A DNA stretch of 64,000 bases from Parcubacteria group bacterium Licking1014_17 (GCA_007376485.1 VMGJ01000003.1:81252-145251); one strand, 5' to 3'; positions 1-9,057 are shown, counted from the stretch's first letter. The notes: generated from the letters alone by a model not told the origin. Numbers and translations are program-made.

Positions 1-28
1 TGTTGAAAATTAAGGGTTGGGGCGAAAA

Positions 29-1132
29 TTACTTGTTTGCAACCAGAGAAACAATCTTTTTCTTGAAAACCTCCACGTCAAATTTTTTGGCGTGCTCGCG
101 GATGAATTCCGGGTCAAATTTAGTTTTAAAATATTCCCCCACCGCCAGAGAAATCGCAATCTCCGACTGGTCGTTGAAAAAAATTCCGGTCTTGCCCTCA
201 ACCACTGTTTCCAGCGCTCCCCCGCCGCGATAAGCAATCACCGGCCTGCCCGAAGCCATTGATTCAAGGGCGACGAGTCCAAAATCTTCTTCCTGTGGAA
301 ATATCAGCGCCTGCGCCCGCGAGTAAATATCCGGCATTCTGTAATCGGAAACAAGGCCGAGAAATTCAATATTCCCTCCGGTAATTTTCTCCAGCCGTTT
401 CCGTTCCGGCCCGTCCCCCGCTATTTTCAAGGGAATGCCCATGGCGCTGAAAGCTTTTACCGCCAATTCAAAACGTTTGTAGCTCACCAGCCGCCCGACC
501 ATCAAAAAATAATCGCCCAAATTTTCCGAAATGAAATACTTGCCCGTTTTTACCGGCGGATAAATCAAATCCGAATCCTGCTCGTAATATTTTTTGATTC
601 TCTCCCTCACGAAACTTGAAATCCCGACATACTTATCAACCCGCAGAGACGCTTCTTTGTCCCAAATCCGGAGATAAGTTATGAAAAACGGAATTAGCCT
701 TTTTATAGGCCAGGGGAGCTTGAATTCGTCAATGTAGCGGTGGCTGTCGTCCCAAAGAAATCTCGTCGGGGTGAGGCAATAATTTATGTGCTTTGTGTGT
801 GGTTTGGTTATGATACCCTTCGCGAAAGACGCCGACACTGACAAAACCACGTCAAAATATGACAAATCGAACTGCTCGACGGCAATGGGCATCAGCGCCG
901 GAAAAAGCCGGTGATGGCGCTTGGCAAGCGGTAGTTTCTGCAGAAAAGAAGTGTGGATTTCTTTCTCCCTGAAAACCCCGCCGGTGGCTCTCTCATCATA
1001 AATCAAAGTGTAAATCGGCGCGTCCGGAAATATTTCACACAGAACCTCAAGCACCCTTTCGGCGCCCCCGTATTGGACCAAATAGTCGCTCACAAGCGCG
1101 ATTCTCATCCCGTATGAAGTAGTAACAGCCAA
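29..1132 (-). CDS. Glycosyltransferase family 1 (GT4-like). The true start is probably the internal Met at 1108 (MRIALVSDY...), because the annotated N-terminus MAVTTSYG is encoded by the repeat arm
   Basis: 367-aa ORF with the typical GT-B GT1 C-terminal region (EEDFGLVALESMASGRPVIA). Confidence 0.8.
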   Translation of the reverse strand: MAVTTSYGMRIALVSDYLVQYGGAERVLEVLCEIFPDAPIYTLIYDERATGGVFREKEIHTSFLQKLPLAKRHHRLFPALMPIAVEQFDLSYFDVVLSVSASFAKGIITKPHTKHINYCLTPTRFLWDDSHRYIDEFKLPWPIKRLIPFFITYLRIWDKEASLRVDKYVGISSFVRERIKKYYEQDSDLIYPPVKTGKYFISENLGDYFLMVGRLVSYKRFELAVKAFSAMGIPLKIAGDGPERKRLEKITGGNIEFLGLVSDYRMPDIYSRAQALIFPQEEDFGLVALESMASGRPVIAYRGGGALETVVEGKTGIFFNDQSEIAISLAVGEYFKTKFDPEFIREHAKKFDVEVFKKKIVSLVANK

Positions 1133-1220
1133 GCATAAGTTTGAGCTGTATCCACTGGTTAATGATTTTATTAGGAAAACTAATGTTTATGAACCCGCGC
1201 GGGCTACTTCGTACGGGATT
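1106..1220. repeat. About 115-bp element bounded by 18-bp inverted repeats: catcccgtatgaagtagt at 1106-1123 and gctacttcgtacgggatt at 1203-1220
   Basis: Read directly. The same arm sequence and spacing recur at 26056-26173. Confidence 0.5.
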
Positions 1221-1287
1221 CATGTCCGCCAGTGTAGCAGGTTAAACAAAAAAATAAACCCCAAAGAAAAAACAATATTACATAAGT

Positions 1288-1430
1288 AGGGTTAATACAT
1301 TTTTCGGGCTGTTTAGGTTGCCGCCAGCATGGTCTTGTCAATGACTTTATGTCTTGACAAGGGGTGGCAACCTAACCAGATGGATTTTCTTCGCTGGAGA
1401 AAATCCAGTCCCGAAAAGTGTATTAACCGA
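1288..1430 (+). ncRNA. Structured element copy A. An outer stem encloses two internal hairpins (three-way junction). It is related to 10086-10238 and 36383-36530
   Basis: P1 is aatacatttttcggg paired with cccgaaaagtgtatt. P2 is tttaggttgcc paired with ggcaacctaa. P3 is tggattttc paired with gaaaatcca, with a conserved loop tcgctgg. There are compensatory changes relative to copy C. Confidence 0.4.
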
Positions 1431-1439
1431 GTAGGGGTT

Positions 1440-2858
1440 CTACACCGCCGACCTGTCGCGGATTAGCTTAAGAAAAGTTAAAATCAATATTCTTACGTCG
1501 GTAAAAAATGACCAGCGCTCTATGTATACCGTGTCCAACGCCACTTCTTCTTCAAACGGCAAATCGGAACTGCCGGCAATTTGAGCCATGCCGGTCATGC
1601 CGGCTTTGATTGCCAGCACTTTTTTGTGGTGCTTTTCGTAACGGGCGATTTCATCCGGTTGGTGCGGGCGGGGACCGACAAGCGACATTTCTCCCTTCAG
1701 CACGTTTATCAGCTGGGGTAGTTCGTCAATTCTCGTCCGGCGCAGGAATCTGCCGACATTTGTGATTCTCGGATCGTTTTTCATTTTGAAAAGCGGCCCG
1801 TCTTTACGCTCGTTGTATTTCAACAGCCGCGTTTTCAGCGCCTCGGCGGTTTTTACCATTGAACGGAATTTATAAACCCTGAACCGCCTGTTCCGGCTGA
1901 TTCTTTCCAACCGGACGAAAACCGGCCCGGTGGTTTCCCATTTTATCAGAAAGGCGATTATCAAAAACAACGGCGATAAAATAATCAGTCCCAAAACCGA
2001 ACCGGCGGCATCCGCTGTTCTTTTGGCGACTCTTCCCCAGCCGTCCAACGCCGTCCTTTTAAGTTCAATCAGGGGCATGCCAATAATCGTATCCACGGCG
2101 TAGTTTACCGTGAGCGCCTGATGGATATTCGGCACAAATTTAAAAACCAAATGGTTCTCGTTGCAGAAATCAATCAAAGCCGAAACTTTTTCCGCCGGAT
2201 AATTCGGGTTCGCCAGAATCACTTCGTCAATTCCGGGATTACCGACGGCGAATTTAATTTCTTCCACTTCTGGGTCGGCTAATTGTTTGACCACGCGGTA
2301 GCCGAGAGCCAAATTCGCCCGCAGGGTTTTGGTGATGGTATCGGAAACTTTATCACTGCCGATAATCATTACCCTATGAACCCCGAAATCGCGGCGTGTT
2401 ATCGCCGACTTCTGGATTTTACGCATTATCAGCCGGCCGATAGCCACAAAAACTATCGCCGTAATCCAGGCGCCCAAAACCAAAAATCTTGAGTTGAAAA
2501 GCTCCTGCCTTAAGAAAATATAGATTATAACCGCCATTATACCGGCGGAAGAAGCGATACCGATTCTGAAAATTTCTTCAATGGTTGAACGGGTGCTCTT
2601 TAAAGAATATAAGCCCGAAAGCGCGTAGGCGGCCATAAAAAGCAAGGAAACAAAAATCACGAGCATCAAATATCTCTCAAATGTCAGATTCAGATGGAAT
2701 TGGACCGGCCTTAAAGCGTCCAGGATTCTGGTCCTGAAAAGATAAGTGGCAACGCCGGATAAAACCAGCATTACGAAATCCACCGGAACTAAAAGCACGC
2801 TGAATATCAGCTCACCTTTTTTCATGTTTGTACCTATGTTATACAACGAATTATACAA
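1440..2858 (-). CDS. Polyprenyl glycosylphosphotransferase (bacterial sugar transferase, WbaP/CpsE-like), the initiating enzyme of EPS/glycan synthesis
   Basis: 472 aa, N-terminal TM helices, and a C-terminal sugar-transferase domain ([33 protein letters not shown]). Confidence 0.85.
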   Translation of the reverse strand: MYNSLYNIGTNMKKGELIFSVLLVPVDFVMLVLSGVATYLFRTRILDALRPVQFHLNLTFERYLMLVIFVSLLFMAAYALSGLYSLKSTRSTIEEIFRIGIASSAGIMAVIIYIFLRQELFNSRFLVLGAWITAIVFVAIGRLIMRKIQKSAITRRDFGVHRVMIIGSDKVSDTITKTLRANLALGYRVVKQLADPEVEEIKFAVGNPGIDEVILANPNYPAEKVSALIDFCNENHLVFKFVPNIHQALTVNYAVDTIIGMPLIELKRTALDGWGRVAKRTADAAGSVLGLIILSPLFLIIAFLIKWETTGPVFVRLERISRNRRFRVYKFRSMVKTAEALKTRLLKYNERKDGPLFKMKNDPRITNVGRFLRRTRIDELPQLINVLKGEMSLVGPRPHQPDEIARYEKHHKKVLAIKAGMTGMAQIAGSSDLPFEEEVALDTVYIERWSFFTDVRILILTFLKLIRDRSAV

Positions 2859-2871
2859 AAAGAAAAGCCCC

Positions 2872-2905
2872 CATCGGTACGTTGGTGGAGGCTTTATTCT
2901 TCGAT
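2872..2905 (-). terminator. Rho-independent terminator downstream of 2915..3739
   Basis: A GC stem (agcctcca...tgggggct) followed by TTTTCTTTTTGT on the minus strand. Confidence 0.5.
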
Positions 2906-2914
2906 ATAGGAACT

Positions 2915-3739
2915 TTACCAGGAGTAGCCCATCGCGAACGACGGCCAGATTTTACTCTTGGCGATGGGATTTTCCACGCCGGAATCGTTGGCCACTTGCC
3001 AATTAAAGGCAGGGGTGAAATGTATTGACCCCCATTGGGCAGACACGGAAACTAAACCTTGGGTATGGCTAAAAGATTGTCCAGTGAATCCACATAGCCC
3101 GTTATGACCGCCGAAAATAATCTCAAAATTCACGGTGTCCAAGTGTTTGTTTAATTCCGCAAGTGAAAAAAAAGCTCCGCAAGACATACCCCAGAAAATC
3201 CCGCCCGGCAATACATTTGGATTCGTCGCCCAGTCTTTTTCCAATGTTATCCCCACATAGGGTTGAAAGCTGTTTATTTTGCCACCGCTTTTCAAAAGAG
3301 GATTGTACGCTATTGATCCACGCGCGAAGGAAAAATTATTTGCCGTCCCTCTTCCAAGGTCATGGACATCATAGAATCCCCCGGCAGCGTTAATAGCCAC
3401 TATACCCTTCTCTTTCCCTAACTGCCAGATTTTATTAATTCCAAGAGTATAGTCCGCTTCGTCTCCAAAACTACTATGGAGACCGCCGCTTGGCTCGGCG
3501 AAAGTGAAAATTTCACCGTAGATGTCGCATTTAGGGTTAAGGTAAGTAGCACGGAAGCCTGTCTGGAAATTCAATCTTTCGGTGTTGACGACCCCGCAAG
3601 ACCCGACATATTTGTCGCTGATGGTTGTCGCGATGTCTAATTGGATTGGCTTGGTATCACTATCCTCATCTTCAGCCGCAAAAACCGCGACCGAAAAAAA
3701 CACGATGAACAGCACGACTCCGAGAATCTTTACCTTCAT
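2915..3739 (-). CDS. Secreted hypothetical protein with a cleavable signal peptide
   Basis: N-terminus MKVKILGVVLFIVFFSVAVFAA, no recognisable domain, and a C-terminus ending in an aromatic residue. Confidence 0.5.
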   Translation of the reverse strand: MKVKILGVVLFIVFFSVAVFAAEDEDSDTKPIQLDIATTISDKYVGSCGVVNTERLNFQTGFRATYLNPKCDIYGEIFTFAEPSGGLHSSFGDEADYTLGINKIWQLGKEKGIVAINAAGGFYDVHDLGRGTANNFSFARGSIAYNPLLKSGGKINSFQPYVGITLEKDWATNPNVLPGGIFWGMSCGAFFSLAELNKHLDTVNFEIIFGGHNGLCGFTGQSFSHTQGLVSVSAQWGSIHFTPAFNWQVANDSGVENPIAKSKIWPSFAMGYSW

Positions 3740-3884
3740 GGTTTCCTCCTATTGGATTAGGCAGTTAGTGATTTCAATTTTCAAATCAAAAAGGAGCACT
3801 ATACCCCTTTTCTATACTGCATTCTTAATAACATAATCGAGTTATTATTGTCAAACGTCCAGTGTTTCATAGTCTCCCCTAAAC

Positions 3885-3912
3885 CTAACCCCCCACCGTA
3901 TGGTGGGGGGTT
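3885..3912 (-). terminator. Perfect hairpin (ccccccacc-atac-ggtgggggg) immediately 3' of the RNase P RNA
   Basis: Read directly. There is no strong U-tract, so it may be a processing or stability hairpin instead. Confidence 0.4.
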
Positions 3913-3913
3913 A

Positions 3914-4392
3914 GTGTCGCGGCGGGTCTATAAGCCGGATTTTGTCTTCGCCCTCCTTCGCACGGGGCTACGGAAGGGCAATGTGCGATCATTTGTCTGG
4001 GATGAACATTGCTGTTCACCTCAAGCCCTTGCGGGCTATGCGTACGAACTTTTCGGAGCCCTATCCCGCTTGCGCGGAACGGACAACGCTGTACTTGCAC
4101 CGGGCAGGGTTTAGCACGCACCTATGTCACCATAGGGCGATCAGCCTTAGGCTGAACTTTTCACCTTTCACCCGCCTTGCGGCGGATTAGTATTGTCTCT
4201 GTGCCACTTTCCCTAAGTTTTGGCTCGCGCCTTTTCTCTTAAGAAGAAAAACTGCGAAACCTTATGCTTGGTGGTCGTTAGCCACTGCCCACTTCTTCAA
4301 CTTGCAGAGGGCTTGCCCTGAGCTTGTCGAAGGGAGTCCGGACTTTCCTCTGCCGCCTTGCGGGCGACAGCAACCGCCCAACCCACCGCGAC
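3914..4392 (-). ncRNA. rnpB: RNase P RNA, bacterial type A
   Basis: The minus strand contains GAGGAAAGTCCGGACTCC (P4 5' strand) and ACAAAATCCGGCTTATAG (P4 3' strand). P1 pairing is gtcgcggtgggt with acccgccgcgac, and internal GGGCAGTGGCTAACGACCACC-like elements are present. Confidence 0.85.
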
Positions 4393-4399
4393 TTTTATA

Positions 4400-4435
4400 G
4401 AGTAACATAAATTCTATGCTTTTGCAATTCTATAA
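4400..4435 (-). promoter_or_regulatory. Candidate sigma70 promoter for rnpB (TTGCAA, 17 bp, TACTCT)
   Basis: The hexamers and spacing were read on the minus strand just upstream of the P1 5' end. Confidence 0.4.
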
Positions 4436-4867
4436 AAGTTTCCTTGTTTCTCTGTCCAAAGCCACATTCACCAGTTTGTCGGCGGCTTTGTTTTTATCCC
4501 GGGTGAGATGGATAAACGAAATATTTTTGAATCCGATTTTTAGATTCCAAAGTTCAAGAAAAAGTTTCTGGATATCCGGCTCTTCAACTTTGTATTCCCC
4601 ATTGATTTGTTTCGCCATAAATTCGCTGTCCATATGAACTTCCACGCGGGCGTTCCGGGCTTTTTCTTTTCCGACAAGAAGTTTCAATTTCTTTAACGCA
4701 AAAATCGCCGCCTGATACTCGGCTTCATTGTTGGTCGCCTGCCCGATAAACTCGCCGTATTCTTTTTTCAGCGAACCGTCAGCTAACGCGATTACCGCCC
4801 CTATCGCCGCCGGCCCCGGATTTCCCCGCGATCCCCCATCAACATGAATTATGTATTTATTATTCAT
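4430..4867 (-). CDS. rnhA: Ribonuclease HI
   Basis: N-terminal HVDGGSRGNPGPAAIG, the RNase H fold motif. The ATG overlaps the TGA stop of the upstream GIY-YIG gene (ATGA). Confidence 0.85.
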   Translation of the reverse strand: MNNKYIIHVDGGSRGNPGPAAIGAVIALADGSLKKEYGEFIGQATNNEAEYQAAIFALKKLKLLVGKEKARNARVEVHMDSEFMAKQINGEYKVEEPDIQKLFLELWNLKIGFKNISFIHLTRDKNKAADKLVNVALDRETRKLL

Positions 4868-5121
4868 CCCGTATGAGACAGGAAACGCTTCAATCTGCTT
4901 TTGAGATAGCGTTTACCCGTTCCTGATTTAAGATACTTCTCTCTTTGGCGAGCATCATTCTCATCAAGACACGCTTCGTAATATATCAGTTCGTAGGGAC
5001 TGTGATGCTTCGTATATTCCGATTCCTTGTTGTTATGTTCTTTGAAGCGTTTCCGTAGATCATAAGTGAATCCAGTGTATAAACGATTATTCTTATTTTT
5101 TAGCACATATGTGTAAAACAT
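4864..5121 (-). CDS. GIY-YIG nuclease family protein (small UPF0213/YhbQ-like)
   Basis: 85 aa carrying YTYVLKN...LYTGFTYDLRKRFKEHN, the GIY-YIG core. Confidence 0.75.
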   Translation of the reverse strand: MFYTYVLKNKNNRLYTGFTYDLRKRFKEHNNKESEYTKHHSPYELIYYEACLDENDARQREKYLKSGTGKRYLKSRLKRFLSHTG

Positions 5122-5147
5122 ACTATTGCTGTCTCATTCGGGACTAG
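4865..5147. repeat. 16-18-bp inverted repeats flanking the GIY-YIG gene: catcccgtatgagacagg at 4865-4882 and the reverse complement of gctgtctcattcgggactag at 5128-5147
   Basis: Read directly. They share the TCCCGTATGA core with the 1106 and 26056 elements. Confidence 0.4.
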
Positions 5148-6094
5148 TCCTTGTTTAGATAATCTATAATTTCTTCAGCTATTTTCTTAGCTTCTTCAAG
5201 ACTTGTGGAATTACACGCGCCCACGCCTTCATGCCCTCCCCCGCCATATTTTTTCATCAGTAAGCCTATATCGGCGTTACCCTTCTTCTCAATCCACGCG
5301 TTTTTACTAGCCCATATCTTATAATACCCGGATTTGCCGCCGGTTAACCTCACGGCATAAAGGGCCTCTGGGTAAATATAATATGGCAGAGCGCTGGAAG
5401 ATTTAAAAGACCAGTCTAGAATTTCGGTATAAACAAGGTTGCCAATCAATTTACTGCTGTCGGCGTAATGTTTATTGCTTTTTTGGACTTCGATGAGAAC
5501 TTTTTCTATGTCGTTGTGATATTTTTCACTATTTACTATATCTTCGATCGGCCCAGAAGCAATTCTGGTAATTATATCGCTTCTCACAGATTCATATGTT
5601 TCACCGTCCAACACTTTAAAATTGTCCAAAAAGGAAGATAGCCTAAAAGCCGGCTCTTTGCACTCAACCGCCTGTTGGGGAGAGCTGAAAGCGGAATCAA
5701 TAATATCCGACCAGTGGGCGGTATCGGCAAAATATTCCGGCGGCTTGTAACCATGTTTTTCCTCAAGAAATTTAAGGACCATGCTGCAACTGGATTTAGC
5801 ATTGGGGTCATAAAAATGCCAGTCGTCGTTTCTATAATTTTTCTCGTCTTCGGGATTGGTGAAGGTGGTTGAATGATGGTCAAACCACATATCGGCGTCC
5901 TTTCGATAGCGAAGGTCAATAAAAATACACGGTTTTTTTACGTCAAAAGTGAACCACTTGGCAATCAGAGTCGGGCTATAATCCAGAGAATGAAATAAAC
6001 CGACGGAATCCCCTCTTTTTTTGAGAAAATCATACAAGACGGCGCCGGTCGTTATCCCGTCAAAATCGTCGTGATAATAAATACTGTAATCCAT
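5144..6094 (-). CDS. DHH/DHHA1-family phosphoesterase (NrnA-like oligoribonuclease / pAp phosphatase)
   Basis: Motifs HDDFDG, FDHH and the C-terminal GGGGHEG (the GGGH signature of DHHA1). Confidence 0.7.
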   Translation of the reverse strand: MDYSIYYHDDFDGITTGAVLYDFLKKRGDSVGLFHSLDYSPTLIAKWFTFDVKKPCIFIDLRYRKDADMWFDHHSTTFTNPEDEKNYRNDDWHFYDPNAKSSCSMVLKFLEEKHGYKPPEYFADTAHWSDIIDSAFSSPQQAVECKEPAFRLSSFLDNFKVLDGETYESVRSDIITRIASGPIEDIVNSEKYHNDIEKVLIEVQKSNKHYADSSKLIGNLVYTEILDWSFKSSSALPYYIYPEALYAVRLTGGKSGYYKIWASKNAWIEKKGNADIGLLMKKYGGGGHEGVGACNSTSLEEAKKIAEEIIDYLNKD

Positions 6095-7272
6095 TAATAA
6101 TATCTTAACGCTTCCAGGGCGGGCAGTTTTTCGCCGCCCAAGAAAATCAGCATTGCTCCTCCGCCGATTGAAACAAAACTGTATTTTTTCAGTAAGCCGA
6201 GTTTTGTAACTTCGCTGATTGTGTCTCCTCCGCCGATAATTGAATTTTTGGCGGCCGCCACAGCTTCCGCGATTTTCCGTGTCCCCTCCGCGAATGCCTC
6301 GGTCTCCGAAAGCCCCATCGGCCCGTTCCAGATAACCATTCCTGCTTTACCGATAAAATCTGCGTACTTCGCGGCGGTTTTCGTGCCAATGTCTAAAATC
6401 ATTTCCTCGCCCGCCACCTTGTCCGCGTCTTTTATTTCGGCTTTGGAAACTGCGAGCGTATCGGGAGCCGTTACCACGTCTTCGGGAATAACAACTTTAC
6501 TCATATCCAAACCCTCCAGTGAATTTATATCTTCCGCGTCAATTAAAGATTTCCCGACTTCCAGCCCTTTAAATTTTAGAAAATTATTAGCGAGCGCTCC
6601 ACCGATTAAAATCCGCTCGGCTTTATCTAGAAAATGTTTTACCACCGGCAGTTTGGTGGAAATTTTCGCTCCGCCGAGAACCAAAACCTTGCCTTCAGCC
6701 GGCGCCTGAATCGCCCGCGAGAGATTTTCTATTTCGTCCTTCATCAAAAATCCAGCGTAAGAATCAATATATTTTGTTATCGCCGAAACCGAAGCGTGCT
6801 TTCTGTGGGCGACGGCGAATGCGTCATTTACGTAAAAATCAAAGCCCTTCGGCTCACTTCGTTCGCTCAGGGCAGGCCCTTTGGCCAGTTGTTGGGCAAA
6901 GGCATCATCATTTTTTTCTTCGCCTTCATGTCTCCTGACGTTCTCCAATAAAACAAAATTGTGCTCATTTAGAGCTTCGACGACAGCAGGACCAACACAA
7001 TCAGAAACAAAAAATATTTCCTTGCCGAGAATTTCCGATATTTGACTTACAATCGGGCTGAAAGTTTCTATGTCAGTGATGTGGGATAAAAGCGCGACTT
7101 TCGCCCCGGCACCTAATAGATAATCTATTGTTTTCTGAACCGCCTGCACCCGATAGTCGCTTGAAATCCTGCCGTGTTCCACCGGTAAATTAAAATCCAC
7201 CCGAACGAGGATTTTTTTATTTGAAAGCTCCGACTGCGGCAGAGAGTCAATATATTTCATAGTTAAAATCAT
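6094..7272 (-). CDS. pgk: Phosphoglycerate kinase
   Basis: KKILVRVDFNLP N-terminus and a glycine-rich C-terminal domain. The real start is probably the Met at MKYIDS. Confidence 0.9.
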   Translation of the reverse strand: MILTMKYIDSLPQSELSNKKILVRVDFNLPVEHGRISSDYRVQAVQKTIDYLLGAGAKVALLSHITDIETFSPIVSQISEILGKEIFFVSDCVGPAVVEALNEHNFVLLENVRRHEGEEKNDDAFAQQLAKGPALSERSEPKGFDFYVNDAFAVAHRKHASVSAITKYIDSYAGFLMKDEIENLSRAIQAPAEGKVLVLGGAKISTKLPVVKHFLDKAERILIGGALANNFLKFKGLEVGKSLIDAEDINSLEGLDMSKVVIPEDVVTAPDTLAVSKAEIKDADKVAGEEMILDIGTKTAAKYADFIGKAGMVIWNGPMGLSETEAFAEGTRKIAEAVAAAKNSIIGGGDTISEVTKLGLLKKYSFVSIGGGAMLIFLGGEKLPALEALRYY

Positions 7273-8264
7273 AGCAGATTATTTGTATTAGTAATAATCT
7301 CCCTAATTTTGTAAGTATTCCCATGCTTCAATAGCCCAAGATATGAATTGATGGTCTCCGTTCTCGGATTTTCTCTGATTCTTTTCAGCATTCTTCTTTT
7401 TGTCGATGTTCTCAAAATTCTGTGGTCTGGAAAATTAACCCAGCCGAGAAAATCAACTCCTGAAGAAAGGGTTTTAACAAATATCTTCTGGGGATGCAAT
7501 CTTAAATCTAATTCTTGCTTTAAATATTCTCCAATCGGCTGAACAATTTGCTCAAGCCACAATCTATCCTCGGATAAAATCACAAAATCGTCGCAGTATC
7601 TGATGTAATGACGGATTTTTAGTTTGTGTTTAATAAATTGGTCAAATTTATTCATATAAATATTCACAAAAAGCTGCGATGTTAAATTGCCAAGCGGCAA
7701 GCCAATGTCTAAACGGCCCGAATTGAAACTGCCGACAACTTCTTTTAACAGCCAAATAACATTTTCGTCGGAAATATATCCTGAAATGATTTTAAGCAAA
7801 ATCGCATGGTTTATGTTGGCAAAGAATTTCCGGATGTCGCATTTCAAAATCCAGCAGGTTCTTGTATTGTTCCGGCTGACTTTACGCGCGAAATAACGAA
7901 AACGATTCAGAGCTTTGTGAGCGCCTTTATTTAACCGGCAGGAAAAAGAATCGGAAATAAATATTCTATCAAAAAATGGATATAGGATTTTATAAATCGC
8001 GTGGTGCAATAGACGATCTCTGACGCTTGCTTTGTGGATATTTCTCGGCTTCGGGTCGCAGATATTGAATGCCTCATAATTTCCGTGTTTGTATGTATGG
8101 TTTACTAAATCTCGGTGCAATTCCAAAATATTATCCATTAAATTAAACTGGAATTCCTGAACATCCCGCCTATGCCTTTTACCACGTAAAAATTCTTTCC
8201 ATGCTTCCAAAATATTCTCAATGCTGATAATATCTTCAAAACTATGAGCCAATTTGATTTTCAT
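7269..8264 (-). CDS. DGR reverse transcriptase (cassette 1)
   Basis: RT domain with YCDDF (the YxDD box) and LPLGNLTSQ, the [LIV]GxxxSQ motif that separates DGR RTs from group II intron RTs (QGxxxSP). There is an adjacent TR and an Avd-like gene. Confidence 0.85.
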   Translation of the reverse strand: MKIKLAHSFEDIISIENILEAWKEFLRGKRHRRDVQEFQFNLMDNILELHRDLVNHTYKHGNYEAFNICDPKPRNIHKASVRDRLLHHAIYKILYPFFDRIFISDSFSCRLNKGAHKALNRFRYFARKVSRNNTRTCWILKCDIRKFFANINHAILLKIISGYISDENVIWLLKEVVGSFNSGRLDIGLPLGNLTSQLFVNIYMNKFDQFIKHKLKIRHYIRYCDDFVILSEDRLWLEQIVQPIGEYLKQELDLRLHPQKIFVKTLSSGVDFLGWVNFPDHRILRTSTKRRMLKRIRENPRTETINSYLGLLKHGNTYKIREIITNTNNLL

Positions 8265-8648
8265 AAAAACAACCCTTTAAGCCCCCCCCCCAAGATCTTA
8301 CCCTTACTTCAAAAGATAAAAGATATGTATTTATTGTGGTATGAATACTATCAGGTATTACCCAAACCGCATAGATATACTCTCGGTCAAAGAATTGATT
8401 ATTTGCTGGTAGAAATCATAGAAGCAATAGCTACTGCCGCTTTTTTGATGCGTGAAGAAAAAATACCGTATGTTCGTTTGGCAGTCAGGAAAGTTGATGT
8501 TTTGAAAATACTCTTAATGATACTTTGGGAAACCAAATCTCTGGGCGATAAAAAATATATAGCCCTCTCATTAAGAATTGACGGGATAGGCAAAATGCTC
8601 GGCGGTTGGCATGGCCAGCTACAAAAACAAAACTCCCCTGCTAAATAG
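8244..8648 (+). CDS. avd: Avd-like accessory protein (four-helix-bundle / 23S-IVS protein family), divergent from the RT
   Basis: 134 aa carrying HRYTLGQRI...IGKMLGGW, characteristic of the PF05635-type bundle. It starts MSQFDFHKNNPLSPPP, with the PPP encoded by a C10 tract. Confidence 0.8.
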   Translation: MSQFDFHKNNPLSPPPKILPLLQKIKDMYLLWYEYYQVLPKPHRYTLGQRIDYLLVEIIEAIATAAFLMREEKIPYVRLAVRKVDVLKILLMILWETKSLGDKKYIALSLRIDGIGKMLGGWHGQLQKQNSPAK

Positions 8649-8668
8649 CCAGGAGAGAAATGAAGTAA

Positions 8669-8803
8669 TTTGCGACGGGTGAATACCCAGCGGTCGTTGC
8701 CATTCCAGAAGTTATCAGGGTTGCCGTTGTTACCGTTGAGCCACAGGTCATCGTCATTGCGTTCGACGTTGAACACCTTGAGGTTGCCGTCCGAGTCCGT
8801 AAT
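8669..8803 (-). repeat. DGR template repeat TR1
   Basis: 135 bp, identical in register to 9137-9271 except for at least 24 positions. Every one of those is T on the plus strand, that is A in the minus-strand template. In the VR frame it encodes AAC-rich NGNNGNPDNFWNGN. Confidence 0.85.
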
Positions 8804-9057
8804 ATGTACAAGATACCTCCCTTGTCACCACCCCTTGAATACTCTTGGGGTTGTATCGTATTCGGCATCGTAATGCCATAGTATCTTATACCAAGTAGCT
8901 TCATTTTTTGAAGTATCTATATACACCACTCTATCTGAAACCGTAATCGCAGATATTCTCGATGTATGGATACTGGGTTCGGTAGTTGGAAACCTTGGTC
9001 TCCATCATATTCACCTACTGCCGTTTCCATTTTACACGACAAATGCACAAAACAAAA

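Noticed and set aside
3848-4190. Several 60-90-aa ORFs (3848..4114, 3885..4121, 3942..4190) in the rnpB region
   Set aside because: They overlap the RNase P RNA gene, whose conserved elements account for the sequence.
7269-8264. Reading the three RT genes as group II intron maturases or retron RTs
   Set aside because: There is no intron domain V/VI RNA signature and no X or En domains. Motif 4 is LGxxxSQ, the DGR type. Each RT has a cognate TR/VR pair with adenine-specific differences and an Avd-like partner.
8399-8776. 125-aa ORF on the minus strand overlapping avd1 in antisense (MFNVERNDDDLWLNGNNGNPDNFWNGN...)
   Set aside because: It is simply TR1 read in the VR reading frame and running into antisense avd. 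DGR TRs are open in that frame by construction. It has no independent SD or start.
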